The translations under genes and the position numbers were made by a program. Shown piece by piece: positions 29,000 through 42,052 of a stretch of DNA of 64,000 nt (position 1 is its first letter; every line of letters begins with the position of its first letter). The notes beneath the pieces are model-generated. The model saw nothing but the letters and a program-made list of their open reading frames with translations. It had not been told where the DNA came from and searched no databases. This DNA comes from the human T2T-CHM13v2.0 reference genome, Homo sapiens. The stretch is from NCBI RefSeq assembly GCF_009914755.1, contig NC_060934.1; one strand, given 5' to 3'.

Positions 29000-29990
29000 A
29001 TTCTGATTTTATTTGGAAAGCCACCCCTTCCATTCTCAGCCATGTGGTTTTGGTAGCCTTGATCTCTTTCCTAACCCAAGGGGTGAGCCCCGATCAGCTT
29101 AAGCCAATTGAAAATGCCCAAATCCCTGGTCAAAGTGCTTGATTTGGGATTGGATGCTAAAGACAATCATAGTCAGGAGATGAAAGAAGAATTTGCTGGA
29201 GTGTCCTCTTCTTTCCTAGTTGGCAGTGTAAGAATGTGTGAGCTGTGGAACATTTATAGCCATGTTGCTATAAAAAGGCAAAATCATAGGGGGCAGAGTA
29301 GCGTAAGGTACATAGATGTGCTTTGGTCATGGAATAGGCTGAGGTGGATATCCAGGGCTGCATAACTCAGCGAGTTTGGTGTGCAGGTGCACACTTCCAC
29401 TTGTTATATACTCTGTTTGGGTAAGTTCATACTTGGCTCTGAGCCACTATTTCCTGTAAAAGGTATAATTGCCCTGCTAACACTGTACGGGGGCTCTTGG
29501 GGCTCAACATGGCTTGATATGGTGGGTGTGCTGGTGCCCAGAGTAAAAGAGAGAGCCAAAGCTGCCTGTCTTGCAGACAGACAGGAGGGAGTCAGGACAC
29601 AGCTCAGCTTGCTCGTGCCCAGAGACAGAGAGTTAAGCTGCTGACCCTGAAGGCAAGGGAGAGCCAGGCACACAGCTGTGTGTGGGAGCCATGGATTCAA
29701 GCAGCCGAAAGAGGGCAGACGGTGTGAGAGAGCTAGTTGATGAGAGCTGTTGCTGAATAAAACCACCTGAGTGTTTTTTCTGCTCATCCATCCACTCCCC
29801 TCAACTTCAGCACGGGATGGACCTGGACAGGTAGCCATTAGGGAAGACATTTAGACTGCTGAATGACACCTAGCCTGCAATTATTTGGCACTTGGACTTT
29901 ATGGTCAAGGAAGCCAGTAAATACTTTTTTTTTCTTTTTTTCCACCAGCTTCAGTTGGGTTTTCATTTACAGCTTAAGATCTCCTGATCT
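29000..29990 (+). mobile_element. Old MaLR LTR (MLT1J/K-like) hosting an LTR18
   Basis: ccattctcagccatgtggttttggtag...aagccaat...tgtgagctgtgg | ...gacttt...gccagtaaatac...ccagcttcagttgggttttc. Confidence 0.6.
29302..29829 (+). mobile_element. Solo LTR18 (LTR18B-like, ERVL class)
   Basis: gtaaggtacatagatgtgctttggtcatggaataggctgagg...ctcagcgagtttgg...ccacttgttatata...aataaaac...ggaca; 5-bp TSD agtag/ggtag. Confidence 0.8.
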
Positions 29991-31364
29991 ACCCATATTT
30001 TTTTTTCATAGTATCTTAATCTTTTATTATAGAACTTATACTATGTTTAATGTTATGGTTATTAACATGTCTGTATCCTGCACTGGGTTTGGAGATCCAG
30101 AATTGGTTAGGAAGGCTTATCTAGGTGACTTTCTTCTTTCTCTCCCCCTGGGACATGATGGCATTTTTTCATGCAGTCAATCCTCAGTAAATTATTGAGT
30201 AAATGAATGAACGAAAATACAACTTTAAGTCTGTTTCGGGATTAAGACAATATTTGGCAATTTGTTTTTCAAATTCCTAAACAACTAATATGTTAGATGA
30301 GTATTATTTAATTAATTTATTCTCATTTTACAAAAAAGATAAAGAAGAGAGAAAGCATTTTGAACCATCGTTCTGATCCTGGGTCACAGAAAATTGTGTG
30401 GATTCGGAGTGGAAACTGGAAATTGACCCATCTGTTACTTTTAGTCATTTTTTTCTTCCTAAGAAAATAGTATGTGATGAAGTTACAGGTGCCAGTGGGT
30501 AGCACCTTATTCTTTGGATACACAGATAACCGGTGCCCTGAGACTTGTTTAATTCACTGGGAAAGGTGGGAATTACAGCACTCACCTCCATGGAACAGCA
30601 GGTGGATGTCTCCAAAAGCACAGGAATAGTGAGCTCTGGATGATCCTGCAGATGTCCATGGCCCTCGTTTTTTTTTTATTTCTGTTAATTTTTTCATAAG
30701 AATGATTTGGTATCTGTATACAAATCCAGAGGAAACATGCTGCTAGAACAATAAACTATTTTCAGAGTCAGTTTGATCAATATTGGGCTGGAGTTGGCAT
30801 GCTCTCATGTCATCTCAGAAGTGGTACAATTATTGGTTCGAGCCGAACAATAAAAGCCTCACATAGTAAAAGTAGGTGATTTCTTATGTAGTGGACACAT
30901 GTGTGGCGGGGGGCACACAGTGCAAGTAGCTACTTCATACATAGGCATAGGTTGCCTCTGGGTAAAAGAGAAGAACAATAGTTAACTAAGGCAGCCATAG
31001 CTGGTGCTATGTGGAGGTAAAGTATTTCTCTTATAAAGGGAAAAACCCTAATCACAGCCAGTCCGTGGCTGATGTGGCTGCACTGGAGCTCATATGTTGC
31101 TGTTTTGTGAAGACTGTGCTAAAGTATCTCAGCGCATAATAACTCAAACTCCTTTTGCTCACAGAGCATCTGGGGCTTCCTTATTTTTTTTTATTATGAC
31201 CATTATTTAATATTTATTTAACACCTTCAAACTGATAGGTTCAATTCCCAATATAAAAAGCCACAAAATTTGTTCTGAAGAGTGGATCTAATTTACAAAG
31301 AAAATCTTAAAATAGATTACAGTCATGGTCATGGGGCCATTGGTGATGCCTCTGATGATGTCAT

Positions 31365-31615
31365 GGATGTAGTATTGTAGTGGAAAGTTCTACCCTCAAA
31401 CTGCTTGGCTGTGAGGTTGGCTGCATCACTGAGTAGCTCTGTCACCTTGGGCAAGTTACTTTTTTAATATCTCAATTTCCTCATCTGAAAAATGGGATTA
31501 AAAATAGCACCTCTTTCATATCTCAGAGCAGATTAAGAGATCTGATTATGGCATATTTAGTACAGTACTTTACTGTCATGTAGCGAGCACATAGAACATG
31601 TTAGCTATTATTATG
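31365..31615 (+). mobile_element. MIR SINE
   Basis: ctgtcaccttgggcaagttactt...atttcctcatctgaaaaatggg...ttagctattatt. Confidence 0.8.
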
Positions 31616-32194
31616 AAGACTTTATGTTCAGCACATAGAATTTGTAAAACTACAGAAATAAGAGAAGAATAAATTGGTGCTTATTTTTATGGAGAGAAAG
31701 CCCTTCACAAACAAATTGGACTACATACTTCATCTATCAATCAGCTGACCTAACACTCCTCTGGTTCCTCCCAAAACAAAAATCAACAAACACATATAAT
31801 TAAATTTTGAACTGGTAGGTTGGTTCGTAAGTTTCTACCTTGAAATGACAATAGAATTTGCTGAGATGCCTGCATCCCCACTTCAGCTCTTTAAAGATGC
31901 AACTACAGTAGAATCTCCTGTGTGATATTACATCGCCTAGTGTATCTTTTAGGGGGCTGTTTTATTTTCTCCTAACTTTTCTCTCTCTGTTGCTTTCCAT
32001 GTAAACTAGTGCAACTTCTTTTTAATTAAAAAACATCCGAGGTCAGTTAGGAATGTCCTTGTGACTCCTTTGTGTATTATAAAATAGACCCTCTGGGGAA
32101 ATGAATCATGCTATTATCTGGTTAGCTGGCTCATGCTAGCGAAAATACAATAAAAATACCCTTTCAAATAGTCTTCCACACCCTTCTTGTTCTT

Positions 32195-32386
32195 TTCCCC
32201 ATCTAGTCTCCACATTGCTGACAGAACATGTAGTCACTTGTTCAGTATCAGCCTTTTGTATCAGCATAAAAGCTCCAGGAGGACAGGGACTATGTCTTTT
32301 TCTTCCACACTTTATCCTCAGGAAACAGTGTGGTGCCTGATTCATAGCACTATACTCATTAAACATTCAGTAAATGAATAAATGAA
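32195..32386 (+). mobile_element. L2 3' end
   Basis: aagctccaggaggacagggactatgtc...tgcctgattcatagcac...taaatgaataaatgaat. Confidence 0.75.
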
Positions 32387-33868
32387 TATCCAACTGTTAG
32401 CTGGAAAAATAAAACATGTTGGATGCCAACATCAGTTGACTTGGAAGTAGTGGGCCAACTATTGCTAAAGAACCACGCAAGCATTACTCCCTGAAGAATT
32501 TATTTGTGAACCTTAGTGGAATGTTTACTGGTCTACCAGGAGATAAGAGAGAACAAGCATAAAAAGTGAGTCATTAAAGTTAGGAATTTTAATAGCAATT
32601 TGCTATTTAAATGTGTGTTGACTGATGACTTAAAATAGATGAATCATATTTTTGAGGATCAATTACATTTCATTTTTATTAGAATTTGCACAGAACCAGA
32701 ACTGGAATGGACTACAAACACACACATTTCTCTCTTCAGATATTCCATCAAAAGAATGGTTCATGTAAATGAAAGTGAACCAGTTGTGTTAACCCAACTT
32801 AGTAATAGCCTTACATTGCCCTTTGTTCATGTAGTAATGGAAATTGTTTTTTTCTCATTATATGTGTAATACATATCCAATGATTATGAAATATCAACAA
32901 ATACAAATATTCCCCTTCCAAAAAGGAAAGAAATATCTTGTTTAATTTTACCCTGAGATAACTTAGATTAATAATTGAAATTATATCATCCTACTCATAT
33001 ATGTATTTTTAGTAAGCGAATTATACCAAAATTCATGTTAATTTTTTAAATCTTCTATTCTAGGTATAATATCTACATTGAAATCAAACTATATAAAACA
33101 TTAAGAAAATGAAAATTTCATGTAATCTTATGCCCTAGTGACATTCTACATAAAATTTGGTGCATAGACCTATGATGATATGTTTCCATTACTGGCTTAC
33201 TAGGAGATAAGTAAAGAGAGAATTCACATACAAAGTGAGTCAATAAAGTTAGAAACTTTAATAGCAACTTGCTGTTTTAATTGTATTTTTGTCACCAGGG
33301 AATTAGAAATAATAATAATAACTTTAAAAAAATGTGGCTCTTCACTTCAGATAGATGGAGAAGCACTGGACTAGTGAGAATTTTATTTATATTAGTTCAG
33401 ATCATTTTCAATCCATGTGTTACTATAGCTATATCTTTATCTATAGCTATATATTTATCTATCTATATCATGTATATAAATATACACACACATCTATCTA
33501 TATACACAGATACATATATTAATTGACAAGGTATGTTTAATTAAAATATATACAAATATATACAAATATATTTATTGATTTTTATACTTATGGGGCAAAT
33601 AGTTTTCAATCTTCAAAATAGCTGTAGAAGTTTGTTATAATGTTTATCTATTTCTCAAACAGGTGTGTGTTTATAAACTTAGTAGCACATTTTCAGCAGA
33701 GGAGAGAAGCACTGGTAAACTTTCAAACTGAAATATGCATTCAGAACTTACAAGAAGACAAAAAAAAACCTTTGAAATAATTTTAGAGCTGAGAATCCTA
33801 AGAGTGGGCTCAAAGAGTCAATAAAATCTTATCTTGTAGTTGAGGATACTAAGATAAAGAATGGGTAA

Positions 33869-34185
33869 GTTTTGGTTATTTGTTTTGTTTTGTTTTGTTT
33901 TTGAGACAGAGCCTCCCTCTGTTTCCCAGGCTGGAGTGCAGTGGTTCTATCTTGGCTTGCTGCAACCTCCACCTCCCAGGTTCAAGGGATTCTCGTGCCT
34001 TAGCCTCCCTAGGAGCTAGGATTACAAGCGTGCACCACCATGCCCAGCTAATTTTTGCATTTTTTAGTAGAGACAGGGTTTTCCCATGTTGGCCAGACTG
34101 GTCTTGAACTCCTGACCTCAGATGATTTGCCCTCCTTAGCCTCCCAAAATGCTGGGATTACAGGCGTGAGCCACTGCACCCAGAC
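33869..34185 (-). mobile_element. AluS SINE inserted in a MIR-like segment
   Basis: TSD aagaatgggtaa at 33857 and 34186. Confidence 0.95.
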
Positions 34186-35681
34186 AAGAATGGGTAAATT
34201 GTACAAGTTGTGTAAGTTGGCGTTGCGTCAACTTGCCAACTTGTGTGTTGACATTGTTAGATTCATGACCGGATTTCAAGTCTCCAGGGTCCCAGACCAG
34301 CACTTTTTCTTTTCTCTATTCTACTAAGGAATTGACTGTGGAATATCTGTTAATTGTAGATATTACCATATGGTCCCTCCTCCTTGTAACAATAGGTGTT
34401 GGTTTCAAAGATGGAAGTCAGACATAGAGTCAAGGGCAGGTTATCCTTAGGGACAATCACAGGTGATTATGTAGATTATTCTACTTTGACCAGGCATACT
34501 CAGTAAAAATTCCCAGAAAATTCTTAGGAAACCCAAGTTAACTCTGTATAGCCAGACAAGGTAATGCAGGTATTGAAACGCAGTTTTCCAATAATTTATT
34601 TGACACTTCCTTTTGCTTCATGTGAAGGCAGCCCTAAATTCTGCACTGGGACAAACAGTTGAGTCGCCGATGTTGCTTAATATAGGCTTGTTCTATAGAA
34701 GAAAAAAGTTTTGCCTGTAAAAACATAGCTTGCACGCTTCTGTTAGTTCTCTCTGAAGTTTTACATTTATGACAAGTTATCCATTTTTCTCTATTTTCCC
34801 TCTCCTCTGAAAGAAAACCAATATCTATATATATTAGGTGACAATTCTGGTAGATAAATTTGACATGTAATCCCACTGATTTATTTTATTTTAAATCTGC
34901 AATAAGAACTCAAATAATCAGTCAAGAGACATATTTTTTTTTCCTTTGCCTGCATTGCTCTATGAGATAATGATGAGACCAAGCCGATTTATCTCAATTC
35001 TGAGGGGCTTTTTATCAGCCATACCTGTATCATCCGGTAGCCATCTGAAATGTTTCACATTAGGTCTAACTGCAATACGGTCAACCGACCGTCTGATATA
35101 GATCATTAATCTCACACTTCAAAGGAAGAAGAATTTCTGTGGGAAGTTTTCACATCTGGTATTCTACTTGCTGATTTTTTTCATCCAAATCCTGATAATT
35201 GATTGCCAAATCTCTATCATCACATACAAGGCCCAGCACAAAGAAAATAAAGTTGTGTTTTTTTAAGTCACTTTGTATTTAAAAGAATGTATAACACTGA
35301 TTCTTTTTTAAAGCAATATATAGCTATTTGCATAAGAAAGTCAGAAGATATAAAAAACTAAATGACAAAAGAAGTCATCTGTGAAAGAGAGGATTATAAA
35401 GGTTGCTTGCCTTTTCTGTTTGCATTTAAATTTTTTCTGCAATAACTATTATTACCTGGATAATTTAAAGTTAAGTTTTTAAGAACTAGAGTATATATAA
35501 TTTCCATTATTTAAATAATAAACAATTTAATGCAAAGATTACTTTTATTTAAGGGGAAAATGACTGTGCTTAGTAATTATTAAACATGTGGTACTTATAA
35601 TAGGGAAGGAATAAAATATATTTGAACTTTGTATTTTTATACAACAAATCTGGGTTAAAAACTAGGCTATATAATATTGGT

Positions 35682-35857
35682 AAGACTACCAGATAAAATA
35701 CAGGACACCAGATTAAATTTGAATTCCAGATCCCAATAGATGATTTTTTAATATAAAAAAATTGAGAACATATTTATATTAAAATTTTTTTGTTGTATAT
35801 TAGAAATTCAAATTTAACTTAAAGTCCATTGTTTTTATTTGCAAAATTTGGCAACTA
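35682..35857. mobile_element. MER53 palindromic hAT MITE
   Basis: ccagataaaatacaggacaccagattaaatttgaatt...gaaattcaaatttaact...ttttatttgcaaaatttggcaac. Confidence 0.8.
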
Positions 35858-38691
35858 CAAAAATTGGATCTCAGTTTTGTCCTGTGTCACATGGAGAGAG
35901 TTTCACTCAGATCATTGGTTACTCTGAGGATTATAGGAGAACACCATCATAGATAGATTTTCTGTGAAGTTACCAAAGCTTGCACTTTACCTCCTCTGCA
36001 TGGCCTACATGCGCAGTCTTATACATAGTTTTATATTTATAAATTTCTTAAACCTTCTCTTTGCCCTTAATTATATAAGCTTTGGGACTCTCAAAATTTC
36101 CATCTGCTTTTGGAAAACATATTACTGTTTACCTATTAGCTTGCACATAGATGGCACTCAGTAAGTCCCCTTTTCAAACAATAGGGATGCTATGAAGTTA
36201 ATTCCTCTCTTGTGAATAAGACAGGTGACCGCCAAATGGCTGTCCTCACATTAGACTTCTGTATCCCTAAGTTCCAAAGTGCCATCCTCTAAAATGTGGC
36301 ACAAGTCTCCCCTCTATCCCCAGATTGACAACACCTTCCCCATACTTTGTGAATGGGGAAGCATTAAGCATTGATATTTCCAGAAATTGACAGTGTGGGG
36401 CTCCTATTTGATGAGAGCTTTGGAAAGTCTGTAAATAATAATAAGTGATCCTGACTGTTTGCTACACAGCGGGTTACTCTACAGAATTTGCAATAAAGGC
36501 TGCTCAGGGCCTTAGGCAGCAGACTCCATTCCCATGAACTTAGCTGCTATACAAACTGTCAGACTCCATCTCTCCTGGAATCAGGCACACATATGTAGAT
36601 GACCAGGCATTTCAAACTCATTAATCACTAGGAGCTTACATTAAATATGATAAAGGCAAAGAATCCATTCCCTCAAATTTGTGCAATGCTGTCATTTTTC
36701 CCTCTTCTTCCCAGATATCCTGCTTCCCACTAATAGCTACCAATCACTCAGTGTCTACTTCATAAGGAACCATGAGAAAAATTCCTCATGCATCTCAGGA
36801 ACAGGAACAACTGTGCTGTCTCTCACAGCAGTGTGATTTTGGCCAGCAACATGGGTAGTCTCATGACTAATTGTGCTTTCAAACTATATTTGCCTGGATT
36901 ATTAGGATAGTCTGTTTCAAAATTACCACCAACATGCAGGAACCTATCAGAACGCTAAGACCAGTATGGCAGGCACCAACATTACTGCTTCAATATATAT
37001 TTTCTTCCAGCTTATCTTTCTTCTTGCTTTAATTTCCACAGATTGGTCTGTTTTTCTTCCACTGGTATGTGTATATTTCTGGAGACTACCTCAAGTTCTC
37101 TTTTCAAAGGAGAAGTATTACATAAATACATACATAAATAAATATTTATTTAGCAGCACTGAGGGAACATTCTGGTTAAATCTTTGGTCAGGACTTATTT
37201 GTATCAAGAGCATTGGAGGTCTGACTTTCCCAACTTAATTCTCTAGCATCGTGTGGAGGTGCAAATGGTAGGTGACATATTATTTGCTAAAATTTTAATA
37301 TGAAAAAATATGATTCCATTGTATAGGAGGTAAACAAAAAAGTAAAATTGGACTTAATTTAGTTTGGCAGTTATATTAATAAGATGGAATTTGAGTGTTA
37401 GTTGAAGGGATACATTTCGATTTATGAGGTACTGGAGTAGGTCAAGAAATGTTTTCTTTTCAGTTATTACCACCCCCGGCTGGAGGCAAGTCTAGAAGTG
37501 GGGTGTGCAAGGACAGAGCTGATGGCTCTTTATGAGTGCCCACAGAAATATAATTATATGAATTCCAAGAAACTAGTAGCCTTCCTTTGTTGGCAGCCAG
37601 GTAAGTCAATAGAGACTCAGGAGGGAGTCTACTCTTGGTTTGGGAAAAAACTTAGACCAAAAAATGAATCATAGTAGAAAAGAGACCAGAGAGAGGGTTG
37701 TTTGCCTTCCCTCATGAAGAAGAATTAGTTTTCAGTACCCTGCTGAAGAAAAACAGGATTCTTTGCATTCATACATGCATTTCTCCTCCTTCTCTCAGGT
37801 CAATAACTCTGGATATCTCTTACAGAAGAATACTGCTATAGCACACTTGCTATACATTTTATTTAGTGATAATACCTCAGTACTTACAAAGAGTTCCTGC
37901 TATTCTGACTATAAAATACATTTTTAATTGTTAAATTTTATATTAAAATTTTTAAAGCAACCTGAAAAAGTACATTTTGGAAAGTGTTTGGAAAAAGTAC
38001 ATTTTGGAAAATACCATTATAGAATGACATGAATTTTAATGCTGCTTTGTGTTGTGTTGGCAATACCTGAATCTGCAATTGAGAAGGTAATGGATCTTTC
38101 ATAATCTCGGGGCTATTAATTGAATATGAGACTTGCATAAAAAAATTTGCATCTTGGAACTTGAGCATGGAACCACTCTGAGTATTGTATTCTTTCACTC
38201 CATAAAAAGGATCATTTTTTAAATGGACTAGTTTTTTGAAACTACATTGGGAGGAAAGAAAATTCAAAAGAAAACATTTGTAAAATTAAACCAATGGACT
38301 ATTGATCTGCAAAGAATATTTGCTCAAAAAGGTGACAAAAATCAACATGAATTTTGGTTGCCAAGACCTTTTTCCAGCTTTTCACAACTGGTGCTTTCAG
38401 GGCTTTGGCAGAGTTTGACACATGCACCCAGCCTGGCAGCTCTGTGTTCAGGCGCTTGTGTAAGCACTGGACTCATACAAGGGTGTCCCACGTTGCTCAT
38501 TTATGGAATCACAGCAAAAGTTTTACCTTCCTTCCTCTTCCACTATTATCACTGTACGTATTGTGAGATGAACATTGTCATATACTAAAATTTACATACA
38601 ACTGTATTTTTTGTTAACAGAGACCAAAAGGGGATATAATAAGAAAGCACAGTAACTTATTATTAGCAGTCTTAATAAAAAAGCAAGGTGG

Positions 38692-39028
<337 letters not shown>

Positions 39029-39479
39029 TCACCTCAGAGATATTATTACTAGGTTGAGGCTGAAGATTAAGGGTCGAAGTTGATGTTGGTTGACATGTAA
39101 CTGCCTGAAGTCTGAATAGGGAGTTAATTTTGCAAATTAACCACTATGACTCCAAGTCTGCACTGAGACATTCACTGGCACTTTCGGTTCATTGTCCTTG
39201 GACCCCTTCTGTCCAATTTCCAGGCCAGAATTGAAGTTTGAAAATTGCTGGTAGACTACTATAATCTCTATTTCAGGGAAAGTAAGAATGAGTGCCAATA
39301 TGAAAGGAGAATCTCCCCTCCATACTCAGTAACTTTCTTCTTTATATAGATTGATAAAGCAGGCTTCTTTTGTAATTACTCACTCATTAGTGTAATTCAG
39401 TTGCTGGCACAGATCTTATTTAAGCCCCGTTGACATAAAATGGACTAGCCTCTATGACAAAAGTTCTATCGGCAGACAG

Positions 39480-39680
39480 ATATATAAATATATTTCACTG
39501 CGATTAGATCTTCACGATAACTACAAAGTAAAAGGCTGTGAATTGTTATGTTACATTAGATATGAGAAAATTGAAGCTCTATTAGTTTAAATGACTTGTC
39601 TCGGTCAATTAGAGTAAAAGCAGCAGAGTTGAGACTCAAGCCCTGCTAGGCGTTCCACCTGCAAATACTATGCTCCTTCA
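39480..39680 (-). mobile_element. MIR SINE
   Basis: tcttcacgataac...tgagaaaattgaagctc...aaatgacttgtc...gcagagttgagactcaagccc. Confidence 0.65.
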
Positions 39681-41775
39681 TCTATATTATGCAATCTCCT
39701 CTTCATTAATAGATAAGACAGTAAAAATAGTCATTTTACTGGTTGCCGTTGTGGCCAGAAGTTGACATTTCTCTGTTGAAAATTGTTCACACTGAATATA
39801 CACCCTCTGAGAAGTTACTCTGGCATTGAATTAACCTGCACTGCTTTAACTTTTCCACTTTTTCCCCAACTTTTACATTAACATCAGAAACTAATAGCAA
39901 TATTAAGGACATAAATGTAATCATGTATTTGAACATATTTCGAGGGCTACTGAAGAAGCCTCCTTATTTTAGGATAATTATCAGAGTTCCACTGGAGTTG
40001 TCTCAGTGTAGGAAGTTCCATAGCTAGTCTTCGTAGATTGGGGTTATCAGCAGTCTTCAAACTTGGGGGTCACAGCATCCCAGAAGGGGCTCTTACTCTA
40101 GCCCTGGCTGATTCCAAAGATACAAGAATGTTTAATGTAAGAAACAGTTTTAGAAAAATGAGACAAATTATATTAAAATTTGCCTTAAGTTCACATTTAT
40201 TTACGTGAACTCTTTGGCATAAGGCATTTAATACTCTCTTTAAAAAACATGGATGTGAATAAGTGAAGTAAAACATATACAGGGAAAAAGGATTCCAAGT
40301 TATTGCAGATAATTACTTTTCAGGTCAATTTTTATTTCTTTAAACCACTCACTTATCCATAGGAGTCAAGGCTTTGACTAACACAAAGTCTAACACTAGA
40401 ATTTGAAAGCAGACTTTATTCATTTGCATAAAAGATAAAGCCTGCCACCAAGAAAGGATTTTGTCTTTCTTATAAAGAAGCCAACATTACCCTAAGCCAT
40501 AATAAGTTTTGAACACTAGGTTTCTTGTTTGTAGATTGTATGACTAATATGAAAGACAATTACTAAATAGTATAAACTCAAGTTACATCCTTCTATCCTC
40601 TCATTTCTCAATATCTTCAAATAAAACAATGCCATTTTGGACACAGGCTAATGGAACTGGAATGTGCTTCAGGGCAAAGAACTTGGTAAGCAAGGAAAGT
40701 CATAAAATTATGCCTTTTTTTTTTTAAATTAAGAGAGACTAATGGTGCACTTTTCTGTTTAAGATATGCCAAAAATGAAATTAGAAGATGTGTTGTCTAA
40801 ATTTTTACTCCTTCAGAAAGCATTTATTTTTCTCATACTTTCTGCTTGAAGTGTGAGTACTATGGTGTCACTGAATTCAAAGCTATTTTTATTTTTGTAA
40901 TTTGCAGCTAAATCTGATCCCAAAAGATGGTTGTTAAGGATGAACATGGCTCTTTCCACTGAATTTTCAGTAAAATAATTATAATGGGGATTGATTGGTG
41001 GATTAACATAAAAATTAAAATACAAAATCCCCTTGTTCTTACATGGCAAAATAAGGTAAAATCTCTTATTCTTAACTGCCTTTTCCTGAAACAGTGTATA
41101 ATTCCACCATTTGTTCTCTTTAAAAGAAAGATTTGGGCTAGAGAGAGACAGCTTAAACTCGTCTCATCTGCTTGCACCGCTCTCCAAGTAGGTAATTGCA
41201 GAAAGAAAAGACAATTCTTTGATCTCAGCGAGGTGCTAATTTGTAAGATTTTTGAGCTGTTTGGGCCTTAGGAAGCAGGGATCAGTACGTAAACAATGGC
41301 ATTTATCTGGCAGCCTATTACTGACACATTACTATCTCAGTACTTATTCATTTACACTGGTGTTTGAAGACAGGACTATGTGTCAATAAAGGAATTAGAC
41401 CAGACACCTCAGTCCATCAGGTTTATCTCAGTTTGCTGACAGGAACAGTAGGTGACATTAAGCAACAGAAAACACTTCAAAGTTTTCTATCCTTGGTTTT
41501 GCAATGAAGACAAACAACATTTACTGCTTTAGCAGCAACAAACAATGAGCGTAAGACTGCAGAGGGAAGATGAAAGAGCACACCAAATTATCAAACACAA
41601 AGCCTGCCCCTACCCCATTTCTACTCATCCCCTGAATTTCATTAGAGCGATTTTTTAAAAAGAGCTTCCAGTGATAAGTTGTGTTCATTTGGACCTCTTA
41701 GAAGACAACTCTCTTGAGAAGGACGGTAGGAAATGAATGAATAAGAAAATTTTACTTGACTGTTCAGTAGCTACT

Positions 41776-42052
41776 TTTTTTTTTTTTGACCAACTTTTCT
41801 TTTAAGTTCCAGGGTACCTGTGCAGGATGTGCAAGTTTGTTACATAGGGAAACGTGTGCCATGGTAGTTTGCTGCACAGATCAACCCATCACCAGGTATT
41901 AAGCCCGGCACCCATTGGCTGTTCTTCCTGGTGTTCTCCCTCCCACCCGCCACAGGCCCCCGTGTGTGTTGTTGCCCCCGATGTGTCCATGTGTTCTCAT
42001 CGTTAAGTTCCCACTTGTAAGTGAGAACATGCGGTGTTTGGTTTTCTGTTCC
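41776..42052 (-). mobile_element. Short 5'-truncated L1PA 3' end
   Basis: poly-T, gtgcaggatgtgcaagtttgttacatagg...gtgagaacatgcggtgtttggttttctg; TSD tcag[t/c]agctact at 41764 and 42053. Confidence 0.92.

Noticed and set aside
29404-29850. 148-aa minus-strand ORF
   Set aside because: Lies almost wholly within the LTR18 antisense strand; low-information peptide
30595-30610. CTCF-like site acagcaggtggatg
   Set aside because: Mismatches at key core positions; not supportable without ChIP data
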